Origin: Heterodontus francisci
Lineage: Eukaryota
Reading direction: 5' to 3'
Assembly: GCF_036365525.1 (NCBI RefSeq)
Contig: NW_027140825.1
Coordinates: 1,240,001 to 1,304,000, forward strand
Length of the DNA: 64,000 bases
Each line of letters begins with the position of its first letter. Position 1 is the stretch's first letter. The notes under the pieces are model-generated. The model did not search any database, had not been told where the DNA came from, and worked only from the letters and a program-made list of their open reading frames with translations. This document shows positions 35,424-47,410 of this stretch, one piece after another. The position numbers and the translations under genes are program-made.

Positions 35424-38400
35424 ATGGGATATCCAGTAATGTATCAGTTCATATTCATTTACTATCCAGTACTTGCAGCAATTGGAGTTCCTGGTAAGCA
35501 GAATCTCAGCTGTTAATGGTGTAAATCGATGTTAACTGTGCTGCTGTACTCGGTATTATTTCTCACTGTGTGTGTTACACAGCCACCTATTCTTTTCCAG
35601 CAATTTACTGATGGAATCTCCTCATTGTCTATTCTTTCAGTGCTGCAGGAGATGTGTCATGTCTTTTATTGTATTGGTTTCAGTAACCGTGGCATTCTTA
35701 CTGGATTATTCTGTGTATTGACTGCATTCAAATCATGTTCTCTGTTACGATTAATAATCAGACCATTCGGAGTTTTTAACATTTTCATGATGTGGATCTA
35801 ACCGGTCCTGGAATATTTTTATGATATCTTTTTAGTGATTGATAATGAGACATCTCACAGTCTCAGTGTTACAAGGGAACAGAACAATATCCTCCCTCCC
35901 CAATAACATGGCTCAGTTTAACTGGGATTTCAATGTATTTATTGATTATCACTGTTATCAAACATTATTTCACTCTGTGTGTGTCTGACACTGCTTCAGA
36001 AGTCTGGCTACTGAACTGAGTTTGCTGCTGACACTTTCACTTCCCCTTCTCTGCTTCACTGTGGACCCTTCACTGTCACTGGACTACATTGTAAAATAGA
36101 AAGTATTGATATGATGTTTTATTGGTTTTCACTCGATCAGTTGGAATCAAGAGTCTTTCTGTAGATTATCAGCTGCAGCGCTGATGTTGGTGTTTTATTA
36201 ATTAAACAATCCCACATTCTAACAGATTACTTTATAATTCCAGGAGAAGTAATTTCAATGACTGTGAGGTTTGTCTGGAAGTAGCTTTCGATCCTGTTTA
36301 TTCCATATGTTGTAGATGAAGTGAAGAGTGCAGGTGAACAGGTGGAGACTTGAATGTTCTGTAGATGCATTAAATTATTCACAGAGGTTTCACCGTTGAA
36401 CAAACTTACTCTGAGAATAGAATAATTGAACCTGGGGCTGGTGAACAGAACACAGACGCAGAATGTTAGAAATAAATCCTATGTGAAAAGCATCATTAAG
36501 TAACAATTTACAGGGTGTGAGAGATAGGGAAGGAGAAAAGGAGCAGGGGGAACGAAACCGATGGAAAGAGATAAGCAGAAGTAAGGACAAAGAGAAAGAA
36601 GCAGCAGTGTAAATAATTCGCTATCATAAGGTGCTGGAATGTCCAGAACAATTAGTGAGAGAAACTGTGAGTTGAAGTTGTCTGCTGTCAGATTGTGTTC
36701 ATTTTCCTGTTGGACTTGATCATCTGTGATGATTTCTGTCAGGTCCTCATTTTGTTTTGTAGAAAGTTCCTATTCCTTACTTAGTGACTGAATAAACAGA
36801 ATAGAATCAGTTCTACACTGATAGAACATAGAACATAGAACATTACAGCGCAGTATAGGCCCTTCGGCCCTCGATGTTGCGCAGACCTGTGAAACCATCT
36901 GACCTACACTATTCCATTTTCATCCATATGTCTATCCAATGACCACTTAAATGCCCTTAAAGTGGGCGAGTCTACTACTGTTGCAGGCAGGGCGCTCCAC
37001 GCCCCTACTACTCTCTGAGTAAAGAAACTACCTCTGACATCTGTCCTATATCTATCACCCCTCAACTTGAAGCTATGTCCCCTCGTGTTTGCCATCACCA
37101 TCCGAGGAAAAAGACTCTCACTATCCACCCTATCCAACCCTCTGATTATCTTAAATGTCTCTATTAAGTCACCTCTCCTCCTCCTTCTCTCAAACGAAAA
37201 CAACCTCAAGTCCCTCAGCCTTTCCTCGTAAGACCTTCCCTCCATACCAGGCAACATCCTAGTAAATCTCCTCTGCACCCTTTCCATAGCTTCCACATCC
37301 TTCCTATAATGCGGTGACCAGAACTGCACGCAATACTCCTGGTGCGGTCTCATCAGAGTTTTGTACAGCTGCAGCATGACCTCGTGCCTCCGAAACTCGA
37401 TCCCCCTACTAATAAAAGCTAACACAGCATATGCCTTCTTAACAGCCCTATTAACCTGGGTAGCAACCTTCAGGGATTTATGCACCTGGACACCAAGATC
37501 TCTCTGTTCATCTACACTACCAAGAATCTTCCCATTAGCCCAGTACTCTGCATTCCTGTTACTCCTTTCAAAGTAAATCACCTCGCACTTTTCCGCATTA
37601 AACTCCATTTGCCATCTCTCAGCCCAGCTCTGCAGCCTATCTATGTCCCTCTGTACCCTACAACATCCTTCGGCACTATCCACAACTCCACCGACCTTAG
37701 TGTCATCCGCAAATTTACTAACCCACCCTTCTACACACTCTTCCAGGTCATTTCCAGATTGTGTTCATTTTCCTGTTGGACTTGTTCCTCTGTGTTGATT
37801 TCTGTCAGGGCCTCATTTTGTTTTGTGGAAAGTTCCTGTTCTTTACTTAGTGACTGCATGATCTGAATAGAATCAGTTTTACACTGATGGAAATTTTTTA
37901 TTTAAATACTGCACTTTAAAATCTCTGTGACTACTGAATTCAATAAAGAGCGAGGCTGATATCAGAAATATATTTAAATTTATATTTAATTGCCTCTACA
38001 AACTAAATATATTGACGATATTGTACAAACTGTGCTCCAACACCAATTACCACAGGGATTATTGTTTGAATGTATGAATTGAGTTGTATTGCTGGGATCT
38101 ATATATTAGATTTCCTCTAACACTCTGCTGCAGTCTCTCTCTGTGAATCTCAGCCTCTCCTCTCACTGTATTGAATCTTCAGTCTCCTCATCATCCATTG
38201 CTTCAGTTTATCCACATTCCCAAACCATTTGCTCCAGTCTCCCCTCCAGCTCCAACATGTCCTTTTCCTTCTCTCCCTCCCAATTACCCTCACTGGCTCC
38301 ACCTCCTGCTGCCTCGTCCAACCTGATAGGAATACAGTAACATATGAGTAGGAGGAGGCCATTCAGCCCTTCGGGCCTGCTCCACCATTCTAGATCATGG

Positions 38401-39744
38401 CTGATACTCAAAGTCAGCGCTGCAGTTTTCAGCCTTTTCCCATTTGATAACAGTCCCTAAACCCAGAGCAACAAACCATCCCGCTCTCCACAAACCTTCC
38501 TAACCAACAGTCTGGAGACATATTCTCAATTAACACATTGGATTCCATCTCTGTAAAACCCCTTCTCATTTCCCCACTGACACTGCATCCTCACGCAGTA
38601 CTTCCAGTATATCCAGTGCTGACTTTATTCACTTTCTATATCAATTTCCCAATTCATTATTAATAATTGTGTTTTCAAACATTTCACTTTGACAAAGCAC
38701 TGCCCAGTTCAATGAATCAGTTTTCACTGCTCGATGCAGCAACAAAGCTGGAAATTTCAGCCCAGATCCTGTCAAACTGCTGCTTTGTCTCCAGGTCTGA
38801 TCAGTAATTTCTCTGCTTCCTTTTCTCTCTCTCTTCCAGTTAACTTGGTGGCGATTGTGATCCTGTCCCGAGGAAAGTGCGGTCTCTCCAAATGTATCAC
38901 TGTCTACCTGGTGGGAATGGCAGTGTCTGATCTCCTGGTCGTTATCACTAATCCCATATTGAGATGGATTGGATCAATTTATTTTCCATATTCATTCCTG
39001 AACATTACTCCTGTCTGTTCTCTCCTTGCCGTTTTGATTTCTGCATCCACAGTTGTTTCTGTCTGGCTCACAGTCACTTTCACCTTTGATCGATTTGTGG
39101 CCATTTGTTGTGAGAAGCTGAAAACAAAATATTGCAGCGAGAAAACGGCGGCTGTGGTTGTTGGAACAGTGAGTGTGCTGGGCTGTTTAGAGTCTCTCCC
39201 CTGGTACTTTACACAGGAACAATATTACATTATTAATAATGTTCCCATGGGTTGTGTTTATAAACTGAGTTTCTTTACTTCCCCCATATGGGGGGCATTT
39301 GAATTGTTTAATTACATTTTAACCCCTTGTGTCCCGGTCTTTCTGATGTTGCTGCTCAATGTTCTGACTGTCAGACGGATTTTATTCTCCAGTAAAGTCC
39401 GCAGGGGATTCCGGCGCCACAGCAATGCAGAGAATCACAAGGACGCAGAGATGGAGAATCGCAGGAAATCAGTTATTTTACTCTTCAGTATATCCGGCAG
39501 TTTTATCCTGTTATGGGTGATCCGAGTTGTGTTTATCATTTATTGTCGAATTGCAGATATTCTATATTATTCCTCCCTCACTGACCCTCTCTTTATCACA
39601 GAACAAACATCAAAGATGCTGCAGATTCTCAGTTCCTGCACCAACACATGTATTTACATTGTGACCCAGACTAAATTCAGACAGGAGCTGAAGAAGGGGG
39701 TGAAATACCCTCTCAATCTCATTGTTAAATTAGTGAAATCATAG
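35424..39744 (+). CDS. Class A GPCR, GPR139/GPR142-like; exon 1 35424-35493, exon 2 38840-39744; 324 aa
   Basis: Exon 1 MGYPVMYQFIFIYYPVLAAIGVP + GTAAG splices in phase 1 to TTCCAG|TTAAC giving GVPVNLVAIVILSRGKCGLSKC; MAVSDL (TM2), DRF (TM3), TM3/ECL2 cysteines, TM7 SCTNTCIY; AATAAA at ~40264. Confidence 0.9.
36823..37750 (-). mobile_element. 5'-truncated CR1 LINE in the GPCR intron
   Basis: 259-aa open ORF2 C-terminus; (TTCTATG)n tail. Confidence 0.93.
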
Positions 39745-39940
39745 AAAGAGCTGAAGGGTTTCAAACACTGTAACTAAATCCCATTCCCCCCTCCCCCCCC
39801 AGACCCCCAGCTCCACCTCCCACCCTCCACCCACCTTTGTGATTATTTGACCGGCGCCATCTTTAGTCCTGGCAGCTGCCTGCACGTGGCAGACCATGAC
39901 GTTTAATTGGAACAGTGTACATTTGCGCATGTGCTAGTAC

Positions 39941-39955
39941 AGCGCCACCTAGTGG
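39941..39955 (-). promoter_or_regulatory. Consensus CTCF motif, reverse (second candidate at ~39971-39984)
   Basis: Reverse complement reads CCACTAGGTGGCGCT. Confidence 0.65.
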
Positions 39956-40009
39956 TTGCCTTGTCAACAACCGCCGCCAGTGGACAAAGCTGCAAATGGC
40001 AGTGATTGT

Positions 40010-40170
40010 GAGGTGGGGAGAGGGGCAGTAACTGCAGTGAGGCAGGGACACCAGCAGATGGAGATGGTGAGAGGGGGCAGCAACTGCAGTGAGAGAGGGA
40101 CACCAGCAGATGGAGATGGTGAGAGGGAGACTGTAACTGCAGTGAGAGAGGGGCACCAGGAGATGGAGAT
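40010..40170. repeat. ~52-bp tandem repeat, 3 copies
   Basis: AACTGCAGTGAGAGAGGGACACCAGCAGATGGAGATGGTGAGAGGG recurs. Confidence 0.8.
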
Positions 40171-41989
40171 GCTGAGCCGTTGCTGATCGAGATTCTGTGT
40201 TGCTGAATGTTTGAAAGTTTTTACAAGTTTGCGGAATTTTCTTTCTGTAAACTTGAGATGCTCAATAAAATAATTTCAATACAGTTTGTGTAAAGTGGCT
40301 ATTTTACTACGATGTAAACACTTGTAACATTAAACTCGTTACTGTTTGGAAAATTATTTTAAATGATTAAAGGTAATGGATAAATAAATTAACAGCATCA
40401 AATTAAACTCAATCATTTTCAAATAAAAACTCTCTATATAAGTGGTGTTCAATTCTTCATCACTATGGTTATGGCATCTCTGTCTCGCTCTCACTTCTCT
40501 CTGCTGGTATCTTCTCTACTATAATTCAGAGAAATTGAAGTTTTGATCCGATTGTATTTTGAAAGTTAATATTGAATCTGCTTTCAGAAACCTGTCAGAC
40601 AGTGAATTCCAGACCAGAGCAACTCCCTGCCTATTTGTTTCTCCCCTCTGCTAGTGAAAACAGTCTCTCCTCATATCTCCAAACTGAGGGAAAGATTTTG
40701 AATACAATATAATTAATTTCTCCAGGACAGCAGCTGCAGAGGAATGTGGACAAACAATGAACAAAAATCCCTCTGAATCCCCCAGGAGAACAGAGGAAAG
40801 AAACAGTCAGGAAGCAAATGGAAACAAGTGACACTTTATTGCAGCAGTAAAAACTCTTTGTCAGAATGTAGAGGTCTTTATCACTGAACTTTATATAAAC
40901 TGGAGGTGAAAAGTGGAAGATCTTAAATATCATTTAAGATAAATGTCCATTTCCCAGCTTTGTAAACCCTTGTAACATTAAACTGGCGAATGTTCAGGAG
41001 GTTTTTTCGATTGATTACAGGCTAATGCATAAATACAGCAGCAGCAAATAAACTACAAAGAATCATTGACAAATATAACAGTAAATTTGGGTACGAATTG
41101 TTGTGTGAAATGTCACTGGTTATAAAAGTTCTCTTGGCTGCCGCATTAACCTGGCTCCAGTTTCACTCTTTGTCATACAGTGAAATTGAAAAACCGAATA
41201 AAAACTGCCTGTTTATACTGCAGTCAAACCGGCCTCTCCAGCAATAACACTTTGTCACAATTTCAAGGTAATTGCAGTGAGTCATTTTCTGAACTTTCTG
41301 TTAACTGGATGTGAATAGTGAAAGACATTTAATACAATCAGTGTTAAATGCCCATTATCCAAACCGGCCCCTCCAGGTTTTAAATGACAGCAGCTTTTCT
41401 GCTCTGTTCATGAGGTTTTTGGGGGAGGGAGAGAGAGACAGACAGACAGACAGGTTTCTGTCTGGAATGGTCCATTTGGGATATGGCTGGAATATCCCTC
41501 TCTCTACCATTCCCTGTTTGCACAGAAACTCACCTTGGACTGTCTCATACCTGGGAGGGAGTGTCCAGATGGAGGAAGCTTGTAGCTGGTTGGATAAGCT
41601 GTATTTTGGGTGGACTGGCTGTTTTGAGTGACAGGTTCTGGGATATATTAGGACAACATCAGCCTCCATTCTTTCTTTCCATGCGGCTGGTTTCTGAAGG
41701 AGAGTTTCTGTGTTTCAGTCTCTGTGTCTCTGTGCCCAGGTGAATTGCAAGCTGATTACAGTGTATGTGTGTGTGTGAATGTCCAGTCTGATTCCCCTGC
41801 TCTCTCTGTCCCAGTCCTGACGCTTATCTCCAAATCCCACCCCAATGCCCCTCTCCAGGATCCTTTCCCCATGGATGAGTTGATGGAGAGATGGTGTTAG
41901 AGTCCAACGATGGAACGCAGACGGTGTGGGATGGTGTGTATCACATCTTTATTGTCTCTCTCTCCCTTTCTCCCTCCTTCTGACTCAGT

Positions 41990-43345
41990 TTCTTTCACTC
42001 AGTCTCTCTCACTGAATCTCCCTATCACTGAATCTCCCTCTCACTGAATTCTCTCTCTCACTCAGTCTCCCTCAGTCAATCTCCCTCTCACTGATTTCTC
42101 TCTCTCACTGATTTCTCTCTCTCACTGAATTCTCTCTCTCACTGAATTCTCTCTGTCACTCAATCTCTCTCTCACTGAATCTCTCTCTCACTGAATCTCC
42201 CTCTCACTGAATCTCTCTCTCACTCAATCTCTCTCACTCAATCTCTCTCTCACTCAATCTCTCGCTCTCTCAATCTCTCTCTCACTCAATCTCTCTCTCA
42301 CTCAATCTCTCTCTCACTCAATATCTCTCTCACTGAATCTCTCTCTCTGAATCTCACTGAATCTCTCTCTCACTGAATTCTGTCTCTCACTGAATTCTCT
42401 CTCTCACTGAAATCTCTCTCTCTCTCACTGAACTCTCTCTCTCTCGCACTGAAATCTCTGTCTCTCGCACTGAAATCTCTCTCTCGCACTGAAATCTCTC
42501 TCTCTCTCGCACTGGAATCTCTCTCTCTCTCACACTGAAGTCTCTCTCTCTCTCGCACTCAATCTCTCCCTCTCTCTCTCTCGCACTCAATGTCTCTCTC
42601 TCTCTCGCACTCAATCACTCTCTCTCTCGCACTAAATCTCTCTCTCATTCTCTCTATTTCTCAATCTCTCCCTCACTTTGTATTTCTGACTCTGTTACTC
42701 TCTCTCTCTCTGTTCCTCAATCTCTGCTCTCTGTATTTCTCCCTCTCTGTGTTCCTCCATCTCTCTCTCTCTCCCTCACTTTGTGTTTCTCTCTCTCTCT
42801 GAGTGATTGTGCGTCTTTCTGTCTCAATGGCTTTCTCTGTCATCTCTTTCAATCTCTCTGTGATTCTCTGTGTCTTTCTCATTGGCTTTCTGTCTGTCTC
42901 TTTGGTGCCTGCAATTTCTTTGAGTCTTTGTTCTTTCCCTCCACTTTTTCCCCTCCTCTTTTTCTTTCTCTTTCTGTCCTTTTTCTTATTCTGACTTTCC
43001 TTCAATTCTCTATTTCTGACTTTTTCTGTCTTTTCTCTATTTCTGTCTCTCTGTCTTTTCTCTATTTCTCTGAGTTTCTCTCTCTTTTCTGTTTCTGTGT
43101 CTTTCTTTCTTTTCTATCTTCTCTCTTTCTATTTCTATCTTCTCTCTTTCTCTTTCTATCTTTTCTCTCTTTCTTTTACTCTCACCTTGTCTCTCTCTTT
43201 CTTGTCTACTTCTATCTTTTCTCTGTCTCTTTCTATCTTTTCTCTCCTTCTTTTTCTCTCTCTTTCTTTGTATCTTTCTGTCTTCTCTATTTCTCTTTCT
43301 ATCATTTCTCTCTCTCTTTCTGACTTTTTCTGTCTTTTTCTGACC
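41990..43345. repeat. ~16-bp CACTGAATCTCTCTCT repeat grading into TC-rich low complexity
   Basis: Direct inspection. Confidence 0.9.
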
Positions 43346-43539
43346 CTATCCACCCCATCAATTTATCCACCCCTCAATTTATCCACCCCCTGCAATTTTT
43401 GTGCACCAAGCAAATCTTTTTCCCTGCAATACTTCCCCCCCCCAGAAAACATCTCCCCCTTGCACAGACCCCCCCCAATCTAAATAATCCTCGTCTGCAG
43501 ACCCCGATCTGATATCTCCTGTTAACTGACCCCCATCTA

Positions 43540-44130
43540 ATACCCTCATTATCAACAGAACCCATCTAATTATCCCCTTCCCTCTGTTACAAGACAACCC
43601 ATCGAAATACCCCCAGACAGACTCCCATCTAAATATCCCCCCGCGAACAGACCCCCATCAAAATACCACACCCCCCCCCCAGACAGACTCCCATCGAAAT
43701 ACCCCCCGGGAACAGACTCCCATCTAAGTACCCCCCAGGAACAGACTCCCATCTAAATACACCCCGAGAACAAGCTCCCATTTAAATACCTCCCACCCGT
43801 GAACATACTCCCATCTAAATACCCCCCAGTAACTTGCTTCCATCTGAATAAACCCCCCCTCAGGACCAGACCCCCATCTAAATACCCCCCCAGGAACAAA
43901 CTCCCATCTAAATACCCCCACCAGGAACAAACCCCTATCTGAATACACCCCGGGAAAAATTTCCCATCTGAATAGCCCCCGGAACAAACACCCATCTAAA
44001 TACCTCCCGGGAACAAACTCCCATCTCTATACCCGTCCGCAACAGACCCCCATCTAAATACTGCCCCCTTCTGTGAACAGACCCCCATCTAAATACCCCC
44101 AGGAGCAGACTCCCATCCAAATACCCCCAT
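43540..44130. repeat. ~28-30-bp C-rich minisatellite
   Basis: Unit CCCATCTAAATACCCCCC-GGAACAGACT, ~20 degenerate copies. Confidence 0.85.
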
Positions 44131-46399
44131 TAACTGACCGTAATCTAATTCTGCCCCCTACCCTCCACTGTAAACACTTCCCCTTTCTGAATACCCTCCC
44201 TGTCGTGTAAAAGCAACCCCTTTATTTAATCCCACACTGTATCATCTCCCCCGTGAACAGCCCCCTCCCCGCACCCCTCCACCCCCCCCCCCCGTGTTAT
44301 TCCCACCTCCATCACTTACCTCGGTTTGGCTCCGTCTCCCGACAACCCTTCGTTCACTTTAATTCCTGATCTGGATAAGCCAGTGGAATTCCATCAACAG
44401 GCTCCCAGAGCACCGGCACCTTTAACTCATGTCAGGCCAAACACTGGGCCGGGCATAGAGCAAGGACCTTCAGAGGCTAACTGGCATTCTGAGCCTTTAA
44501 TGCACAGGAAGATCCCAGCTCCAGACACATCCCTCTCTGCAGAAAGGTGTTTCACCTGTTCTCCCCATCGGCTTCAGGGAATCAAACAGAGGGAGACACA
44601 CACAAACACTCACACACTGACTGGCACAGGGACGGGAGGAGGCCATTCAGCCTTTTGAGCCTGCCCACCCATGTTAGATCATGGCTGATCTGTCCCTTCC
44701 CCCATTGAGCCACAAGGAGACAGGCAGAGACAGTCAGGGAGCAGATACACAGAGAGTCAAAGAAACACTGGGCTGGACTCGGACTTGGTGCCAATGGTGC
44801 AAACCAGGATGGAGGGGAGGAGGGTGGTTGTGAATCGGCTGTCCGTTCAGCTCCTCCCCCCTGTTTTTACATCAATGGGAGCAAAACTGGGCAGAGATGG
44901 AAAGCAGGATCCCACTTCACAATCACCCTGTACAACACCAAGGCAGCGAGTTCAAATCCACCCCCAGACAGAGGGAGAGTGACACAGAAAACAGATCCCA
45001 GGATTAGGACAGAACAGAAAGAGAGAGAAATAAATGGAAATGGAGCTGGAGTCCGAAACCAGTGAGAGAAACTGAGAACAGAGGGACAGAAATACCGAGA
45101 AGGGCAGAGAGAGAGAGAAATGGAGACATACACAGAGATGTAGATATTGAGAAAGATCGCAGACAAAGAGAGATGCAGAGACAGAAAGAAGTGGAGGGGC
45201 AGAGATACAAAGTAAGACGCGTTTCCAGATAAGAGAGGGGTGTCCCGGGATGGGGGAAATGCAGAGATAATCTTGCAGGAAAGGAGGAGCAGAGATGGAA
45301 AGATTCAGGGATTTGGAAGTGAGTGGGAGAAGAGAGAGAGAGACAGATAAAGAAGCAGAGAATCGCAGAAAGAGAGTGACAATGGAAACCTGTGAGACTC
45401 TAGCGAGGGGCAGAGAAAGAAAGGATGTTGAGAGATAGAGATAGAGATTTAAAGATGTGAAGAAAAAGAACTAGGAACAAGGAGGAAGGTGCAGGGAACA
45501 TGTTGCAGCAAGAGATGGAGAAAGGGAAATCTACGGGATTACATTGACTGTTCTGGAGCAGCGCTTCCCAAACTATTCCCTTCGGGAGCGCCCTCCAGCC
45601 CCCTCCCTATTGGGAGAAAAGCCACAGACCCCCGAAAACACAAAATCAAAATACTGCAGATGCTGGCAATTTGAAATAAAAACCGTGCTGGAAATACTGA
45701 GCATTTCCAGCACTTTGTTTTTCTATCAGCCCCGAAATCACACACAGTCTTCTTTTTTGTATTTAGAAATGAACTTGACAATGACAAATATATATTTATT
45801 ATTATTTTCCCTCCCTGGTTAAAGCTCTTGTCTGAGAATTCCACGTGGCCTAAAGATTCTACCTTTGCATCATCACAGCTGCAGCTTCCGAAAAGATTCT
45901 CCTTGGGAATAAGAAATAAATTAGATTCAAATAAAGCAAAGCATTTTTGAACAGAAATAAAACACAGCGAGAGCCCAGGGCTCTTTCTCTCACTCACTGA
46001 CAGAAAACAATCTCCCAGTGACTCCCCATCTTACTAACACATCCCCGACACAGAGCCAGAGACTGGGAAGTGTGGATGTGTTTACCCTGTCATTTCCTGC
46101 TGTCTCTCCCTCCCTCTCTCTCTCTCTCTCTCTCTCTATTTCTCTGTGTGTCTCTCTACATCTGTTTCTGCCTCATTGTAAAAACACACAAACACTGGTG
46201 ACCCCCATCCTCTCTCCCATAGAAGGATAGAGAGAGAAATCCACATTCCCATCCCTGAAACTCTGCCAGGTGATTCATTTCACTGTCAAATTCAGCCCAC
46301 AGCCTAAGACACCAGCATTATTCGGGAATGAGAACAAGCCTTTCCAAACCTTCACATTTCAGCCATTTCATTGCTGATTCACAGAAGTATTTGACACTC

Positions 46400-46540
46400 A
46401 ATGAATTAATTTTTAAAGTGCTCGTCACTGTTGCAATGTTGGAAATGCTGCAGGCCATTGGTACACAGCAAGATCCCACAAGCAGCAGTGTGATAACAGC
46501 CGGCAAGCTGTGCACAGCAAGATCCCAGCAATGGTGCCAC
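46400..46540 (-). mobile_element. DeuSINE-type (SacSINE1/AmnSINE-like) fragment; more copies ~47340-47415, 49565, 49820, 50010-50090 and ~3000-3075 (+)
   Basis: GTCACTGTTGCAATG..GGAAA..CACAGCAAGATCCCACAAGCAGC is the reverse of the Deu-domain region as I recall it. Confidence 0.6.
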
Positions 46541-47410
46541 TTCAACCAAGGTTTTGCACCAAGGCTGCTCCTTTAACCCCAGGCTTTCAACCTATTTAAA
46601 ACAGCAGGGCCCCAATCCGACAGGAACTGGTTAGCCCAGGACCCCAGACATGAAATTAAACCACGGCCTAATAAACAGACACAACTCACGTGGGCCCTTT
46701 GGGTGCAGCCTGTGGACAAGGCCTCAGTCCGTCCCCTCAGGAGGAAGCTCCTGTCCAAGGATTCCTCGTCCCAAACTTTCCCTCTTTTCATCTTCACCAT
46801 GCAGTTTTCAGAATGAAAATTCCTAAGGCAAGACGGAGAGAGAGAAAATTGATTAAAATACATTGTTAAACAAAATAGCACAGCAAGAGCCCAGGAATTG
46901 CCCTCGGTTACACAGACACTCTCTCAGCAACACCCAAATACAAACAAATCACAGTTAATAAACCAAAGGATAAAAGGATTGTGACAGCAACTTCCACCTG
47001 TGTGTGTGTGTGTGTCTGTCTGTCTCATTATCTCTATCTCCACTGTCTCTGTATCTCTCTCTGTTCCTATCCCATTCGTCCCCTGTCTCTCCTTCTCTTT
47101 CTCTGTCCATATCTGTTTTTGTCCCTCTATCTCATATGTAGTGTTGACTGAAAATAGTTATGAAATACTTCTGTCTCACCATTTAAACCAACAACAAATC
47201 ACCCTGCTGTGTGTGTTTTTAACTATTAAAGGTTTAATTAGAGAGACAGAGGGAAAGAAAGCTGGAGTGAGACAGAGAGACAAATCGAAACTCAGAACTT
47301 CAGTAAAATGAACTGAAATGAATCGGGAACATTTGACACTCAGTGAATTGATTGTTAAAGTGGTCGTCACTGTTGCAATGTTGGAAACACTGCATGCCAT
47401 TTGGTCACAG

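Noticed and set aside
38734-38839. N-terminal extension of the GPCR given in the ORF track
   Set aside because: Intronic read-through; a strong acceptor at 38839 and an upstream exon restore the family-type TM1
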